NCBI RefSeq assembly: GCF_009914755.1
Contig: NC_060947.1
Reading direction: 5' to 3' (one strand)
Origin: the human T2T-CHM13v2.0 reference genome, Homo sapiens
Length of the DNA: 64,000 nucleotides
The notes beneath the pieces are model-generated. The model was not told the origin of the DNA and did not search any database. It was given only the letters and a program-made list of their open reading frames with translations. Shown piece by piece: positions 42,891 through 56,939 of the stretch (its first letter is position 1; every line of letters starts with the position of its first letter). The position numbers and the translations under genes are program-made.

Positions 42891-44248
42891 GTTGGAAATA
42901 AAAATTTATAGTCAGACTTTTAGCAGCTTCCTGGAACTGAGGCAATGCAGGCTGGGGCAGAGAAGAAAGTTAAAGGATACTTGGAGAAACCTGAAGAAAG
43001 TAATTTAGACTATTTTATGGTTTATAGTCTCTTTTTGATCAGCTGTGGGTGCCCTCACAATATTGGTTGTTGAGAATGATTTGACAGAAGTTATCAAAAT
43101 AAGGAGATTCAAACTTAGTCTATATGAGACCAAATACTCACATTTTAAACAATAGACATTTTTAGTAATGACATTTAAGCTCCTAGATAGCTGGATACAG
43201 AGCCAATGTTATTGCATATAATTCACCAATTCAACAAATATCAGTTGATGACTCACCGGGATCAGGTACAGTTAAAACTTGCTCTCCACTTTGGTCATAC
43301 TTGCTTTAATTCATTGCTAATTGAGTCTTAAGGCTCAAGCAGTGGGTCTTATAAATTCACTGGTCTTTATTGTTGAATCCTTCTCTAATTTTGGCAGTAA
43401 TCACGCATGTCAATCTTGCAATGAGGAGCTATCGGATTTTCAACCTTTACATTCAAGCTCTTGTTTTTTCCTGAACTGGCTCTTTGTACAAATAAAAACA
43501 CACTGGCAAAATAATAAATGAGAATCCTTTTGGACTTTTCAGCCAACAATAAAATATTTTTTATAAAAATGGAAGTGCACAAAATGGCAGCCATCTGTTG
43601 TTTAAAAACAACAGAACTGTATTTAAGTCAATTATTGTGTAAGGTCTGTGCCTTGAAAGCAAGGGCAAAATGGTTTATGTTCATCTCAATGGGAGAAGAT
43701 TTTGTGTGCTTCTTTGTCATTGTCTATGTTGATGTGAGACTGGATAACTATTACTAACTGAAAATAGTTAATCATATTTAATCATGGATGAGGTTGATTG
43801 AAAAAATGTCATTTTTATTTATGAACTCACATGGACATGTCTAATTGGACAATTCTGATTTTCTCTCTTTATTTTGAGTAGCTTTAAATCCAGACATACT
43901 AGCCTAGCAAATCCATAAAGAATCTGTCATCATGGAAATTGCTAACAGAGCCTGAACTTTTTCCTCTTTCCCCCCACTCAAAGTTTGAAACATAGGCAGA
44001 TTAATAGAGATAACAATTAGAATAATGGTAAGAAGTTTTTTTTTCAAATGAAGTACATCCTAATGAGAGTTAGGTTTTTGCTAAAAAGTGTTTTTCTTGA
44101 TATTCAATAAAATTGATATAAATAAATTGTATTGTTAATTTTAATCTTTTTTTACTTGGTAAAAATGCTTTCTATGTCAGTCATCTATATTATGCCAATT
44201 CTTGCTTCATTTTCAATGTTTATTAGAGGGATTTTATAAATTAATCTT

Positions 44249-44357
44249 GTTTTCATTTATACTATTGTATAAATAGTTTTCATTTATACTATTGTATAAA
44301 TAATAGTATTCATTTATACGATATATATTGTATAAATAGTTTTCTTTTATACTATTG
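44249..44357. repeat. ~27-bp AT-rich minisatellite, ~3.7 units, with an internal inverted repeat in each full unit
   Basis: gttttcatttatactattgtataaata-type units at 44249, 44276, 44306, 44339. Confidence 0.9.
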
Positions 44358-44759
44358 CATTTTATGAGTGAAATATACAATATATATTCTTTGGAAGACA
44401 TATCAATATCACTATTGCAACAGATATTTTTCCAGAGGTTAACAAGCTATGGCTCACTTACACATTTCGCTTAATCTACATTGTAGTTTGAAAACACACA
44501 GATGTGAACATATTACCAATATTTTGCCAATATAAGAGTCCACATTTCTGTCTTCTTTTATAAAGTATATGAGGCAAACACAACATATCCAGACTAGGAT
44601 GTAGACTGTAATTTCAAAATATCTAAAATAGGGGAGTGCCGGGGGAAAATACGTCATTTTGAAAAGATGGCTGTGTTCTCTGTGTTTATAGTTGAAACTA
44701 TAAACCTATTTCTACCTGGATGAGGGGTTTATAAGGGCAACATTACTAATTTTGAGTCT

Positions 44760-44882
44760 CCACCTCTACAATGTTAGCTCCATGAGCGCAGGTATTGGGT
44801 ACAGCTGAATCCTCCAATCTACCGCAGTCCCTGCCTGGCACATAAGTGATCAACAAATATTTTGTTAAATGAATAAATGAAC
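44760..44882 (+). mobile_element. L2 3' end
   Basis: atgttagctccatgagcgcagg...gcctggcacataagtgatcaacaaatattttgttaaatgaataaatgaa. Confidence 0.75.
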
Positions 44883-45234
44883 ACCCTGTCTCTTTTTCTT
44901 TCACCTAATCCTGGTATGTCTTTGCTCCAATCCTCTGCCACCCAGGGCTACTATTTTATTAGTTGATGCCAGAAAACTCTCCAATGAGAATGTCCCATGT
45001 TCTTCACTGTCATACCTTTTTTAGACTCTTTGCTATCATGCCTTAACTACCAACAGCAAAGAAGCCAAAAATTCAGACACTGAGATGTGGTTCAGCCAGA
45101 AATATTTACAAATGTAGAAGTGAGAATACTAAGCCAAATAACATTTCTCATAATAAAATGTAGACTGTAGGATAATATTAAAACTTCAAATTGTACAGGA
45201 GAGATAATTTGGGGGAAAGAGTGTAGCACTAAGC

Positions 45235-45397
45235 CAGTGCTTCTCAAACTTAAAGGTTCACATGAATCACTTGGGGGTCTTTTTAAAATGCAAATTTGTA
45301 TTTGGTAGATCTAGAATGGATCCTGAGAATTTGCATTTATAAGCTCTCAGATGATGCTGATGCTGCTGATATATGGACCACACTTTGAGTACCTCGA
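45235..45397. mobile_element. MER5A-type hAT MITE
   Basis: cagtgcttctcaaactt...gaatcacttgggg...gatgctgatgctgctg...ggaccacactttgagta; near 8-bp TSD cactaagc/tattaagc. Confidence 0.85.
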
Positions 45398-45559
45398 TAT
45401 TAAGCAACTGTAAACTATTTGTTTGAAAACAGCCATGATTTGAAGCTATACATGATAAAATCGATGGGCATTTATCAACCTGCTGAAAAAACTTAGATGT
45501 CTACAAATGTCCAAATGGGAGAGATACTTGGAGTAAGAACTTTGTAGTGGTAGAATGGC

Positions 45560-45706
45560 AGGGACCTGAGATATCTGTTGCTTCAATTTACAAACTGGGA
45601 TTCTGGACCCCAAAGATACTCAATGACTTACATAAGAACCCACAGCTATGTTGATGCTGCACCCAATTGGAACCAACGTTTATTTATTCCCAGACCCATG
45701 CTCTTT
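45560..45706 (-). mobile_element. MIR (degraded)
   Basis: atttacaaactggga...aatgacttacataagaacccacagcta...cccagacccatgctcttt. Confidence 0.55.
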
Positions 45707-45720
45707 AAAAGAGATCATGC

Positions 45721-45948
45721 ACATGGACATAAAGAAGGAAACAATAAACATCAGGACCTATTTGAGAGGGGAGGGAGGGAGGAGAATGAGGATCAATAAA
45801 CTGCCTATAGGCTACTATACATATTACCTAGGTGATGAAATAACCTGTACACCCAACTCCCGTGACACGCAATTTAACCATATAACAAACCTGCCCATGT
45901 ACGCCCTGAACCTAAAATAAAAGTTGGAGTGAAAAAATAATAAAAAAA
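45721..45948 (+). mobile_element. L1PA (old, PA15/16-like) 3' end
   Basis: acatggacataaagaagg...ataacaaacctgcccatgtacgccctgaacctaaaataaaagtt; TSD taaaa(g/c)agatcatgc. Confidence 0.92.
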
Positions 45949-46453
45949 TAAAACAGATCATGCTGCCTCTTGGCTATTGAAGTTATAGTAGAATTCCTTC
46001 AATAAAACACTTAGGAAGTTGTTGTACTATAAAATATACTTAATTTCACTTAATATTGAGTGCTTCACTAAAGTCAGTCAAAATGAAAGGAAGTAATGCA
46101 TTCGCTTCTCATGAGTTGCATTTCTTGTGGGTAACATATATTAATTTTATTATAATTTATCTTCATTAGCTATTGAAAATAATGCTAAAGACATTTAGAA
46201 TGCCTTTTAGCGGGCATTACTGAATATTAGATGATGAACAGCTTTGTTGGAATAGTTTGTTTAGTTCCTAGGAGAAAGTTTGATTTGACGACTAAGTAAA
46301 AAATTTAGGGGAAAAAAGCAACAAAAAAGTACCCAAAATCAATATCACTACGTTTGCTGACGAAGGGTGTATTTTTAGCTACACTGATTTTTTAATTTAA
46401 AAAAAATCTACACGGATCCCCCTCAACTCCAATGTCAAGTAAGCTCAACTGAC

Positions 46454-46501
46454 ATTATCGAAACCATCTTCCTTTTTATTATCAAAACCATCTTCCTTTT
46501 T
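46454..46501. repeat. 24-bp tandem duplication
   Basis: attatc(g/a)aaaccatcttccttttt x2. Confidence 0.9.
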
Positions 46502-48089
46502 ACTGTGCATGTGTGTATGTAAGTGCAAGTGTTACAAATTCTTAAAAGAAGATAAAAGAATGATTTTTCCTCATTATGGTGTAAAACAAAATTAAAAATT
46601 GAAATTATCTAATCTGCATAAATTAGACACTTTATATTACATTGGCAGTTTTATCATATTTGAAACATTTTGTTGGTCTCAAGATTTAATTAGATTATGT
46701 CACCAAATCAGAGACCACAAATATCCATGGGAGCTTAATAGAACTTTTTGGATTTTCATGGGATGAAAACAGTATTTTCATGAGGCGCAGAATTCATCAT
46801 CAGCTTCTCACCTCCATTCTACCCTCAGCCTTCTATTTCCCTGACCCACATTAGTGTTATGAGAGCAACAAATGGACGTTTCTTCCAACACAGGTTGTAA
46901 GAAAGTGCTGCTATCATGTGAGGAGTATAAAGGGAAAATCAGGCAGCATAATAGCTGAGCTAATTAGGCTCAGACCATTAAAGATCTTATAACGGTTATA
47001 TTATTGTTGTTGTTAATATCACCTGAGTATTGCCTCACAGATTACAGAATGCCTCCTCATACATTATTTTATATCACAGATTATAAAAGGCTAGCATTAT
47101 AAATAATAATCATATTAAAGAGTGTTATTTTAATATTACATGAGACATTGATTTTCAGTGATGCCATGTGTTTCCATAGTGACTATGATAATTAATTGCT
47201 ATAAAATCACAAACAGTATTTCCTTTTGAGAGTTGACAACAGATGCTGGCATTTTAACAAAGAGTATATTAAATAATCCACAGCATGCCCAGAAAATTGA
47301 AATGATTACCATGAATTAAAAAAACCCACAAAACTCATAACAATGCTTGGTGATACCTAGAATATTCTGGTTATCTGTAAGTTTTTAAGAAGGCCAAGCA
47401 GGCCTCTGTCACTGTTCTTTACCTGCCAATCACACCGATAACTTCTATGAGACATTTCTGTCTTTGAGCTAATCATCCTCTTTTTAACAGCATACGCATT
47501 CCAACAGGCATGGAAACTATAATGTATTAAGCCATTTTATCTGCAATTCTCACTTGTTGTGATTTAGTTTAATCTGTTTTCTTTGGTTCCAAGTATAAGC
47601 CAAAATCAGGACACAGAGAAGGGGCATCTTGTTAATAAGGAAAGAGGATGAAATGGCAGAAAAGTAGTGACTCCCCAGGTGCAAATAGGGGAATATCAAG
47701 ATGTGTCAAGAAATGAATAGGCAGCCCAAAAGCCAGATTTGTATGGAACCTTTTCTGCCTTTGTGCCTGAATAATAACCATAATTCCTAAATAAATCATA
47801 TGACTACAGTTGAACAGTGGTAACTTTTGTGTGTAGAATGCTGAACTTCTAAATTATTTTTATACTCTTCGTCAAATGCACTTTAAAATTAAATAGTTGT
47901 TATAATATAGTATGCCAGCAAATCCCAGATTGTCTTGCAGAGTGACTCAGAACTCTTGAAAGGTCACTACTTTCGAACTTCAACATCCTTAAAATCACTT
48001 GAAAACTGACTGCTGCTGATGTATGTGACTTGAAAATATATTTTGTTGAGAATATACAATGTTTCTTGTTCTGTGTCAATTGGCTACCC

Positions 48090-48270
48090 ACATTCAAACA
48101 TTTGGAGACCTCCCATAAGCATCCATTTTTCTTTTAAAAAACTGAAGATCTAGCAGTATTGGGTCCACGTTCTGTTCCAGCTAAGTATCACTACCTCCTT
48201 TGGAAGGGATTTTTCCTTTCCAGTCTCCCAGGTCTTGGTAAACCTCTATCTTCCTTGAATACAATAGTTC
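48090..48270. mobile_element. MER102-like hAT fragment
   Basis: aaaactgaagatctagcagtattgggtccac...gctaagtatcactacctcctttgg resembles a remembered consensus. Confidence 0.4.
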
Positions 48271-48391
48271 TGGCACCTATTGGCATTCAGTGTAGAAGAA
48301 ATGGCATTCCTATAATTTGATCAATGCACTGATTGATTGGTTGTTTTAGAAAGAGCTGAATGAAACATTTCAGTTTCGTTGTTGATCCATA

Positions 48392-48395
48392 TCTA

Positions 48396-48464
<69 letters not shown>

Positions 48465-48487
48465 GTACCTACCTACCTACCTACCTA
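48392..48487. repeat. Compound tetranucleotide STR TCTA(TCTG)6(TCTA)11TGTA(CCTA)5
   Basis: Direct reading. Confidence 0.95.
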
Positions 48488-49137
48488 TATAGGTAGGGGA
48501 GGAGAGAGAGAGAGGCGGAACATAAATCATGGTGTAAGTTACACTTTTAAAAAATGGACCAATTTACCATTGTACAATTGTAAAGACTGCGTTGAAGCAA
48601 TTTTAAGGATAATTCAGAACATATTTTTCTAAGTAAAGTTCTATGTCTTATGAGAGTAGAAAGCAATGAAGAAATATACATACATTTTGCGTAACCTAGT
48701 GGCCCTTAATGTATAAATATTGCATGTTTAAGTGAAGAGTCATCCATCAAGAATCTAATCTATACCAGAAGTATACACTTCCTCTTTTATACTTTGTACT
48801 AAAGATATAAATATGACGTGTTCCCTAGTTCTCTATCCATTACAGAGTCTGGTGGATAAAAATTAAAAATATAATCTTAATTAAAATGGAAGGGGATGAA
48901 GGCTATAAGACAGTCAGGTACACACATACTATATGGAAAAACTGGGCAGAAGTAATTCTGTCTCATATAGTCTGGGAAGGTCCCATAGAAGTGGTCATTT
49001 AGCTGATTCTTGGAAAAATAAGTAGTAATTTATCTAGCAAAGGATATAGGAAAAAGCATTATAATGAGAGGAAATGGCATAAGCAAAGACCTTGACATGT
49101 GAAAGTTGATTTTATATCTATAAAGATCTCTGACTGA

Positions 49138-49510
<373 letters not shown>

Positions 49511-49524
49511 GATCGTGACATTTT

Positions 49525-49860
49525 AAAGAGCTTTCTTTTCCTTTTCAAAGAGCTTGGGCATTTTATTATAGACAATAGGAAGTAGAAAGTGGTTTTACGG
49601 GAGGCTATGAAATGATCCAAAAGGCAACTCTGGCTGTAGAGCAGAGTCCTGATTAGAGGAGGGAACAAATGAAGTCAGGGAGTTTATTAGGAGGCTTTAG
49701 GAATTGGCCAGCGGGAGAGGCTGTGAGTAAGAACGAAAGTGATTGGCAATGGGAAGGAATCAGAAGATAAATAACTGAAAGATATTACTGATGAAGAAAC
49801 TTTCCGGATTGGATGTGGGCACTCAGAGGATGAGATGAGTTGGAGGTCGGTAGTCTGGGA
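49525..49860 (-). mobile_element. L2 fragment (host of the AluYa5, also extends ~48900-49197)
   Basis: aaagagcttgggcattttattatagacaatagg...aaaggcaactctggctgt...ttattaggaggct. Confidence 0.55.
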
Positions 49861-51499
49861 AAAAGTGAAGAAATCATGCCAAAATCAAAATCATAATGTC
49901 TAGAAAGGGAAGTATTTTCCGCAGCATGGATAACAGTCCCTGGGTAATGTATAAATTCTCTGTCATAAAATACTATCTCCCACAAATGTTAATTAAGTAT
50001 TTGAACCAAAAGTTATTTGGCATTAATTGTGATCACTGCTATTATTGTTATTGTTGATATTATGAGAAGTAGTATTTAGAAAATGTGAGCAATCTCATGC
50101 TGTATATGCACACTAGGAATAATGCTAAAATAGAAACCAAACTAAACAAAAATAAGTAAGAACAAAACTCCGATTTAATTCAAGAAACATGCAGATTCAT
50201 TTTTGCTTGGATTTTCTTTGTTATTCTAAAGAATCATGAACCAATTTTTTTTTAAGTCCTAACTATTGCTATCCTGGAGAACACTTCAACTACATAGAGT
50301 AACCATTTACAGAATACAGTTGAAGTCTACAGCTGCTCTGGAGGATAAATGCCTATTTCTTTTAAACGTTGGCTGAGGCCCTCTCGAATTATATACCTCA
50401 CATGTGCTGTATTTACATCAGACCACCCCAAACATGCTTTCCAAATTAGGTTAAAATCTGTGTCACCATTTTCATGTAACATAGAAACTTAATTTTATTT
50501 ATAGAGATTTTATTCATTTTATCACATAGTTACTATTTGCCTTCCTGGTTTATGATTCCAGTTTCTTTGGAATTCCACTTTTATGTGACTAAGTACCCTA
50601 TGTGTTTAACTCTACTAGATATCCCATCACTAAAATACAACCATACCTTGGGATTATTCAGTTCTTTGGTACCCCACTATACCTCCCATTAGGTGAGTTT
50701 CTAATGCAAGATACTGACCATAGTATGAAGCATTCTGAAATTGCCTTGGCTATTCATACACAGGTATATGTCTTATATTTGAAATGTAATAGCATTTTGT
50801 ATGTTATAAGCATGCTAATTTGGGGGCCTATTTATTGTAGGAGTAGCAAAAAATAAGATTGTACTTTTGAAGACTATATGTGGATACGTAGTATCATGAA
50901 TGGCTGCTCTATTTTGTCAAATTCAGAATTAAAATAAGATTTAAATAAAAATAGAGGCCTTTTCAGTTTATGGATTTTCTTATTATCTTAAAAAAAAAAA
51001 CATGATAGTGAGGTTTCCAGCTGAGAGGAATGGTTGGAAAAACATTTTGTTCCAGTTAGTTAATTCTTCCCTACATGTGCTCTATTCATCGTATCCATTT
51101 TAAAAGCAAATGAACCATCTCTATCTCCTCTTGCATTTGTGGCAAACTCTTGCTGTGCCAATTTCAGATTACATGCATCTTAGGAAGAATAAGATGTTCT
51201 AATCTTGATTATAATTTTAAGTTAAAAGAATAAAATTAGTTCAATACTAAGACATTGATACGTTGCAGTAGTCAGACTGTCATTACCTCTTTTGACAAAA
51301 TAGAAAAACATGTCTATACACAGGATAATAAGTTCCTGCATTAAAATGCATAATACTATAAATGCTACTAGATTTCAACGCAATCAAGAAATCAGTTTAT
51401 GGAAGCTGAAATTTGTTAATAAATATGCTGCTACTTGAGAGTTTAACCATTTTGCAAATAATTATAGCAAACTTCCAACGAAATTATTTTCATTATGAA

Positions 51500-52215
51500 T
51501 GGAGATACTTTCCAAATGAGGATATAAGAATAGATAATAAACACATGAAAAGATGCTCAGCACCATTCTTCATCAGGGAAATGTAAATTAAAACCACAAT
51601 GAAAAACTATTATACACATGTTAGAAAGGCTAAAATCTGAAAGACTGGTCATACCAAGTGTTGTAAGGATATGGAGCAAGTAGAACACATAAGCATTGCT
51701 GTTGGAAATGAAAAATAGCATAATCACATTAGAAAATGCTTGATAGTTTTTTAATAAAGTTTGATAGTTTTTAAAAATATAGGTCATGGACAAATAGATG
51801 TATGCTTTACAGATGCTTTATACATCTATTTACCCATAACCCATAGCCAACATTGTAATCCCAGATGTGTATCCCAGAGAAATAAAAATGTATGTCAACA
51901 CAAAAGACTTGTTAGTGAATATTCATGGCAGCTATATTCATAATATTCCCCAACTCGAAATGAATAAAACGTGCATCAATAGGTGAATGGATAGTGGTCC
52001 AACCATACAACGGAACACAATTTAGCAATAAAAAGCAACAAACTACAGATATACATAAGACTATGGATGAATTTCAAACCATTCTCTTGAACAAAAAGGC
52101 CAGACATAGAAGTACATACACATTAATATGAAGACCAAGCTCTGGTGACAGAAAACAGACCAGTCATCGTCTGCTCATGGGGGAATCTTCTGAGATAAGG
52201 GGAATATTTTATACC
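51500..52215 (+). mobile_element. L1M (ORF2 C-terminal region and 3' UTR)
   Basis: aaacacatgaaaagatgctcagcacc...cagggaaatgtaaattaaaaccacaatga...ataccaagtgttgtaaggatatggagcaa. Confidence 0.9.
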
Positions 52216-52419
52216 TTGTAGCTTAGAAGAAATGTTATAGAGCCCCAAACCTGAACATGGAGAAGTTTAATTTTGAATTATGAGACAATCTAAGCATTCA
52301 GGCTTCAGAGATTTTTTTTAAAAAGGCGGGCGGGGGGGTGGGGGGAGGCCACAGTGTGGGAACATTGGAAAGTTAGGACTAGAAGTCTCTTGTGAAAATA
52401 GAAACAGGAATGAATGGAA

Positions 52420-53310
52420 AAGCATTCATTCATACCGTCAACAACCGAATAGTTGTTAGAGTACAAATGATGAGCCAGACTGTTCCAGGCATTGAGGGTA
52501 CAGATGAAGTACCTGGCCTCATCGAACGTACACTTACTTAGTTGCTGAGACATACAGTACACAATGTCAAGTAAACATGATGAACACAGATCAGTAATAT
52601 AAAGGAAATAAGAGCACCCAGACAGGAAGGATGGCACAGATCCATTTTTAGAGAAACCCTGGGGAAGGGTGTACCAGGTAGAAGAAAGAGTGAATGCAAA
52701 AGACAGAGGGTGACAGAGGGTGACAGAGAGCTCACTCTGCTTCAGATTTGTATGATAAGTGTGGAAAGCCTACAGAGGCCTGTTTCTGTTGGAGCTTGAA
52801 GGCTACCATATGGTGTTTGCATTTTAACCAAAATAAAATGGAAAGCTATTGTGGAGTTTCAAGTTCGAGAGTTGCATTATTTATCTGTGCCTTAAAAAGA
52901 TCTCTTTTGTTTAATGTGTGGATTGAGGGAGGGAGAGAGGAAGAAGAAGTAGCAAATAAGCTCGTAAAGTCTAATAAAAAGAAAGCAGGGAGGCAAGTTA
53001 GGGAGTTATTGCAATGTGCTGGATAGCAAATCAGGGTATCTTGACTCATCGAGGTGGCAGTAGGGATAAAGGGAAGTGGACAGTTTCAAAATACATTTTG
53101 GAGGTAGACGTGGAAGGACTTACTAACAAATAAGATGTGGAGGAATGAGTGAAACAGACAAATCGAGGAGATCCATGGGTCTTGCCTGAGATTCTTGCCA
53201 TTTACAAAGATGGCAAGGTCTGGGTGTATAAGGCAGGGATCGGGTGAAGAGAGACTGTTTACAAAGGTGCAGAAAGTGTATAAGGAGAACAGCAGTGATA
53301 GTGATGTACT
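52420..53310 (-). mobile_element. L2 LINE
   Basis: cattcattcata...gagccagactgttccaggcattgaggg...aatacattttggaggtagac...gccatttacaaagatgg. Confidence 0.8.
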
Positions 53311-53379
53311 CCCAGGCAAGTACCAATGAGGGGTCATTACTATCCTTAGAAAATAAGTAGCAAGGAAAATGAACCATTA

Positions 53380-53600
53380 GGGTACTTGTACGGAGAAGCC
53401 TTCTCCTAGGAGATGAGGTCTTCAGTAGAGGAACGCAGCAAGCCCACAGAAACCTGGGAGAGGAGCCTTTGTTCTTATAGCTGGGGAACATTCTCATTGA
53501 CCAAACCCAACCAGAACCTGGAGAGACAGGGTGAATGAGGGGTGGTGGGAAATGGAGGATGAGGGGGCTGGAGTACTTAGAGCAAATGAGAGTAAAACTA
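53380..53600. mobile_element. Old ERVL-type LTR fragment (LTR33/LTR41-like)
   Basis: ggtcttcagtagaggaacgcagc...cattgaccaaacccaaccagaa resembles a remembered consensus. Confidence 0.4.
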
Positions 53601-54489
53601 TAAGGGCAAAGCAAGAGACCTGGCACAATGCCCATATTCTGAATTCTGTATAATTTAAAAGTTCAGTAAACTTTTCCTAACAATCTAAATTACAGCCAAC
53701 AACATACAAATTTTGCAACAACATAGAAACTTTTGTTGCCAAGAAGACTAATTTGGAAGGCTTTGCTACTTCTATATTAGTAATGTGTTATTTTTTGAAT
53801 ACCTAGTAGAGGAAGCCAGTCCCCTGAAAAGTGTCCTTGTAAGTAGTCATTATTTAGTTAAGAAATAACCCACCAGGAAAAAAGGAAAGAGAAATTATGA
53901 GATGCACAAAACCTGAAGACAACTTTAGTGTTATAGAAGATCTTGAGAGTACTAGACAGATGGAAGTGGAGAATGCATCCGTTTCTTTACCATTAAGACC
54001 TTGCCTAGGTGTTTTTGACATTTTGAGCTGAGATAAGAGAGTCGGGTTTTATTCCATATGCTTAAAGTCTTTACTAGGTTTGTCAGTATAACTTAATGTT
54101 TTTAGTTACCACATGTCATTCTGTTACTACATTTTGCTAGAATTGCCTAACATAAACAGTATCCTTATGTTTCATAATACAAGCTATTCAAGGGTCATAT
54201 TGGCTAATACAAACTGTTTAGAAAGTTTGTTTTGCCAGAAGTCACTATTGTCAAAGCACTGATTTTAATTTTTGGTGATACCCCCATTTAAAACAGATAT
54301 TTAATGCTTGCCCAGTATTTGTTGCTCAATGATACTTTATTGTCTGTTGCTATGCACTGATTGATTACTGACAGACAGTAAGTGCATTGGAAGAAACCAT
54401 GATTTAAATTGTGTGTGTGTGTGTATGTATGTGAATGTATAAATTATTCAGTGAAGCAATAGAATCTGCATTTATTCAGAAACAAAGAA

Positions 54490-54720
54490 CATTCATTGAT
54501 TCCACAAAGATTTATTGAGTGACTACTATGTACCAGGCACTCTTTTAGGGACGTGTGCTACGTCAGTGAACAAAAGAGACCTAGATTCTCGTGCTTGTAG
54601 ATATAATATTCTAGTAAGGAAACACAGACAACAAATAATACATATAATAAAAATAAATCATAGTATGTTAGAAGGTGATATATGCTAAGAAAAAAATACA
54701 ACATGCACAAAATGAAGCAA
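54490..54720 (-). mobile_element. L2 3' end
   Basis: tttattgagtgactactatgtaccaggcactctt...cagtgaacaaaagagac. Confidence 0.8.
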
Positions 54721-54815
54721 TATTCATCAAGGTCATGAAGCAACATTATCTGCACTCTAATCTGATCTCCTTGAATTCATAATGGAAGCTGTTGCCGTTT
54801 TCATATACATCAATT

Positions 54816-55099
54816 CTTTTTTCCCTTTCATTTTGTGATAATTGTACATATGTATGGGGTACAGAGTGATATTTTGATACACATATAAAATGTGTAATGA
54901 CCAAGTCAGTGTCATCCATCACCTTGAGTATTTATCACTTCTTTGTGTTATGAACATTCAAAATATTCTCTTCTAGCTTTTTGAAAATATACATTCAATT
55001 ATTTGTAATCATATTCATTCTACAGTGCTATAGAACAGTAGAACTTTTTCTTACTATATAGCTATAAATTTGTATTTGTTAATCAACCTCTACCTATCC
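54816..55099 (-). mobile_element. L1MA 3' end
   Basis: ataattgtacatatgtatggggtacagagtgatattttgatac...ctctctagc-like...; near-TSD atac(a/g)tcaat. Confidence 0.88.
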
Positions 55100-56939
55100 A
55101 TACGTCAATACTTAAATGGTCAAACCAAAATCTTTATCAGAAATCACTGGTACTTTCATGGTTGGTATGTTAAAGTTTGGATCACTAAATAAATTTAGAG
55201 TAATAGGCTGATCCTAAAATTTCATTGATAAACTTGTCATAATTAACTGTTTTTATGACAAAGAAAGCAAAACAGAATAATTTAGATAATTTTATAATAA
55301 ACTAGTTCAGGATATGTTTATCCTAGCTATATATTGGTGCATCATTTGTCTTACTACATTTGCATATGCTTAAGGCACTGAATCTGGAACACAAAGGAAA
55401 TAAATGCGCATTGTTCGTTTTTTAAGAAATTCTATTCACATGGGTTTTAATCCACAGAGATGCCTCCTTTTAGTCTTGAATGCAAAAAGAAATTATCTTT
55501 TGAGTGCGTGTGTTAGCTTTGAAAAAATACATTCACATGAGATTTAATTCACCTTAAAGTTTCTTTTCTATTAAATCTCATGAGGAATTGCTGAAGGAAA
55601 GTTTCATGATGCCAAGTCACTAAGCAAAGTTCTCCAATATGACAGTTGTTAGAAATGTGAACCTAGTGCAGTTGTCCCCTTAAGCTATGGGCAAAATTCC
55701 CAGTTTTGAACCCTGAACTCATTCAGCCAAAAAATCTATATTATGCTAGTGTCTATTACATGTGACTTCCTTTTGACCAGCTTTTTCTATGTTTAGACTC
55801 TCACTTTTATTCCAAAGTACACTGGAAAATAGAAAAAAATCGGATAATTCTGTTCTGGGTGATCAGTAACTTTGGAAAAATTCAATTTGTTTGTTTTTTT
55901 TCTGGCAAGAGTTTGAAGTAAAACAAGTTTCTTTTCAACACATTGAAACAACCTATTTTCTCCAGAGCAATAGAGTTTGCATCTGATATCAGATAAGTGA
56001 TTCTTGTAATTTGTCTAGGCTTTCAACAAACTGGTGAAAAAAAAATCTCCTTTCATTTACTTTCCATCTTTCTTCATGAGTTTCTTTTTTTTTTTTTTTT
56101 TTATCTCAAAGTGTTCTTAGAGATTGGGGGTTGACTATCTAGCTCATAATAAGAATCTAACAGAAAACATACCATTAAGCATTTGAGCTTCTCAGATCAA
56201 AATCAATATTTAAGACCAAAATAATATTATGCAAGCTTTTCTGATCATAAAAAGAAAGATCGTTAGTCACTTTGGACAGAATGATGATATCTTTAGTCAT
56301 TGAATTAAAATTCATAAGTGTAATCCTCCTGATGAATTTTTCTCTGTCTGGTATTTTTCTATCAGGTTTATAACTCATGAGGCTAAAGCAAATTAGTGTC
56401 AACGTTTTATCATGACCATTTACTCGGTGCCTTTCTGTTTCTTTACGAAAATAAAGTTGCTTTTTAATGTTTTGGTAAATTTATATAATTTCTTTGGAAA
56501 CATCACCACTAGGATTTACCATGAATTACAGCAATATACTTAGTGCTGCTTAGAAAATATTTCATCCCTTTCCCTGTTTTTTGTGTAGGTTTATGTCCTT
56601 TTAATTTCTGTTTAATTCCCCTTATTTAAAGCCTAAGTCTCAAATATTCATGATTCTTATTGCGAACTATAAAATATGTGCTTAATGCCATTATCCTTTT
56701 AAAATCATCTTGAATCTTTATAGTTTAATCACACATCTTGCCTGTAACTAAATTTAAAACTCTCTGGTAAAACAAAATGCCTAAACATCTTGTATAATGA
56801 TATGCCTTTTTAGCAATGGTTACACTTCTGGCTTTATAAAACTATATTACTTAGCTTTTTAAGTTACATATGTCCATTATATGTATCTAATAAAATTAAA
56901 CCGGATTTTAGATATTGAACATTTTTAAAGCCAACAACC

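Noticed and set aside
44249-44357. Palindromic ~27-bp repeats as a CRISPR-like array
   Set aside because: No unique spacers, no cas genes, eukaryotic context; it is a tandem minisatellite
53123-53635. Longest ORF (170 aa) on the minus strand
   Set aside because: Spans L2 and LTR remnants, has no recognisable domain or exon structure
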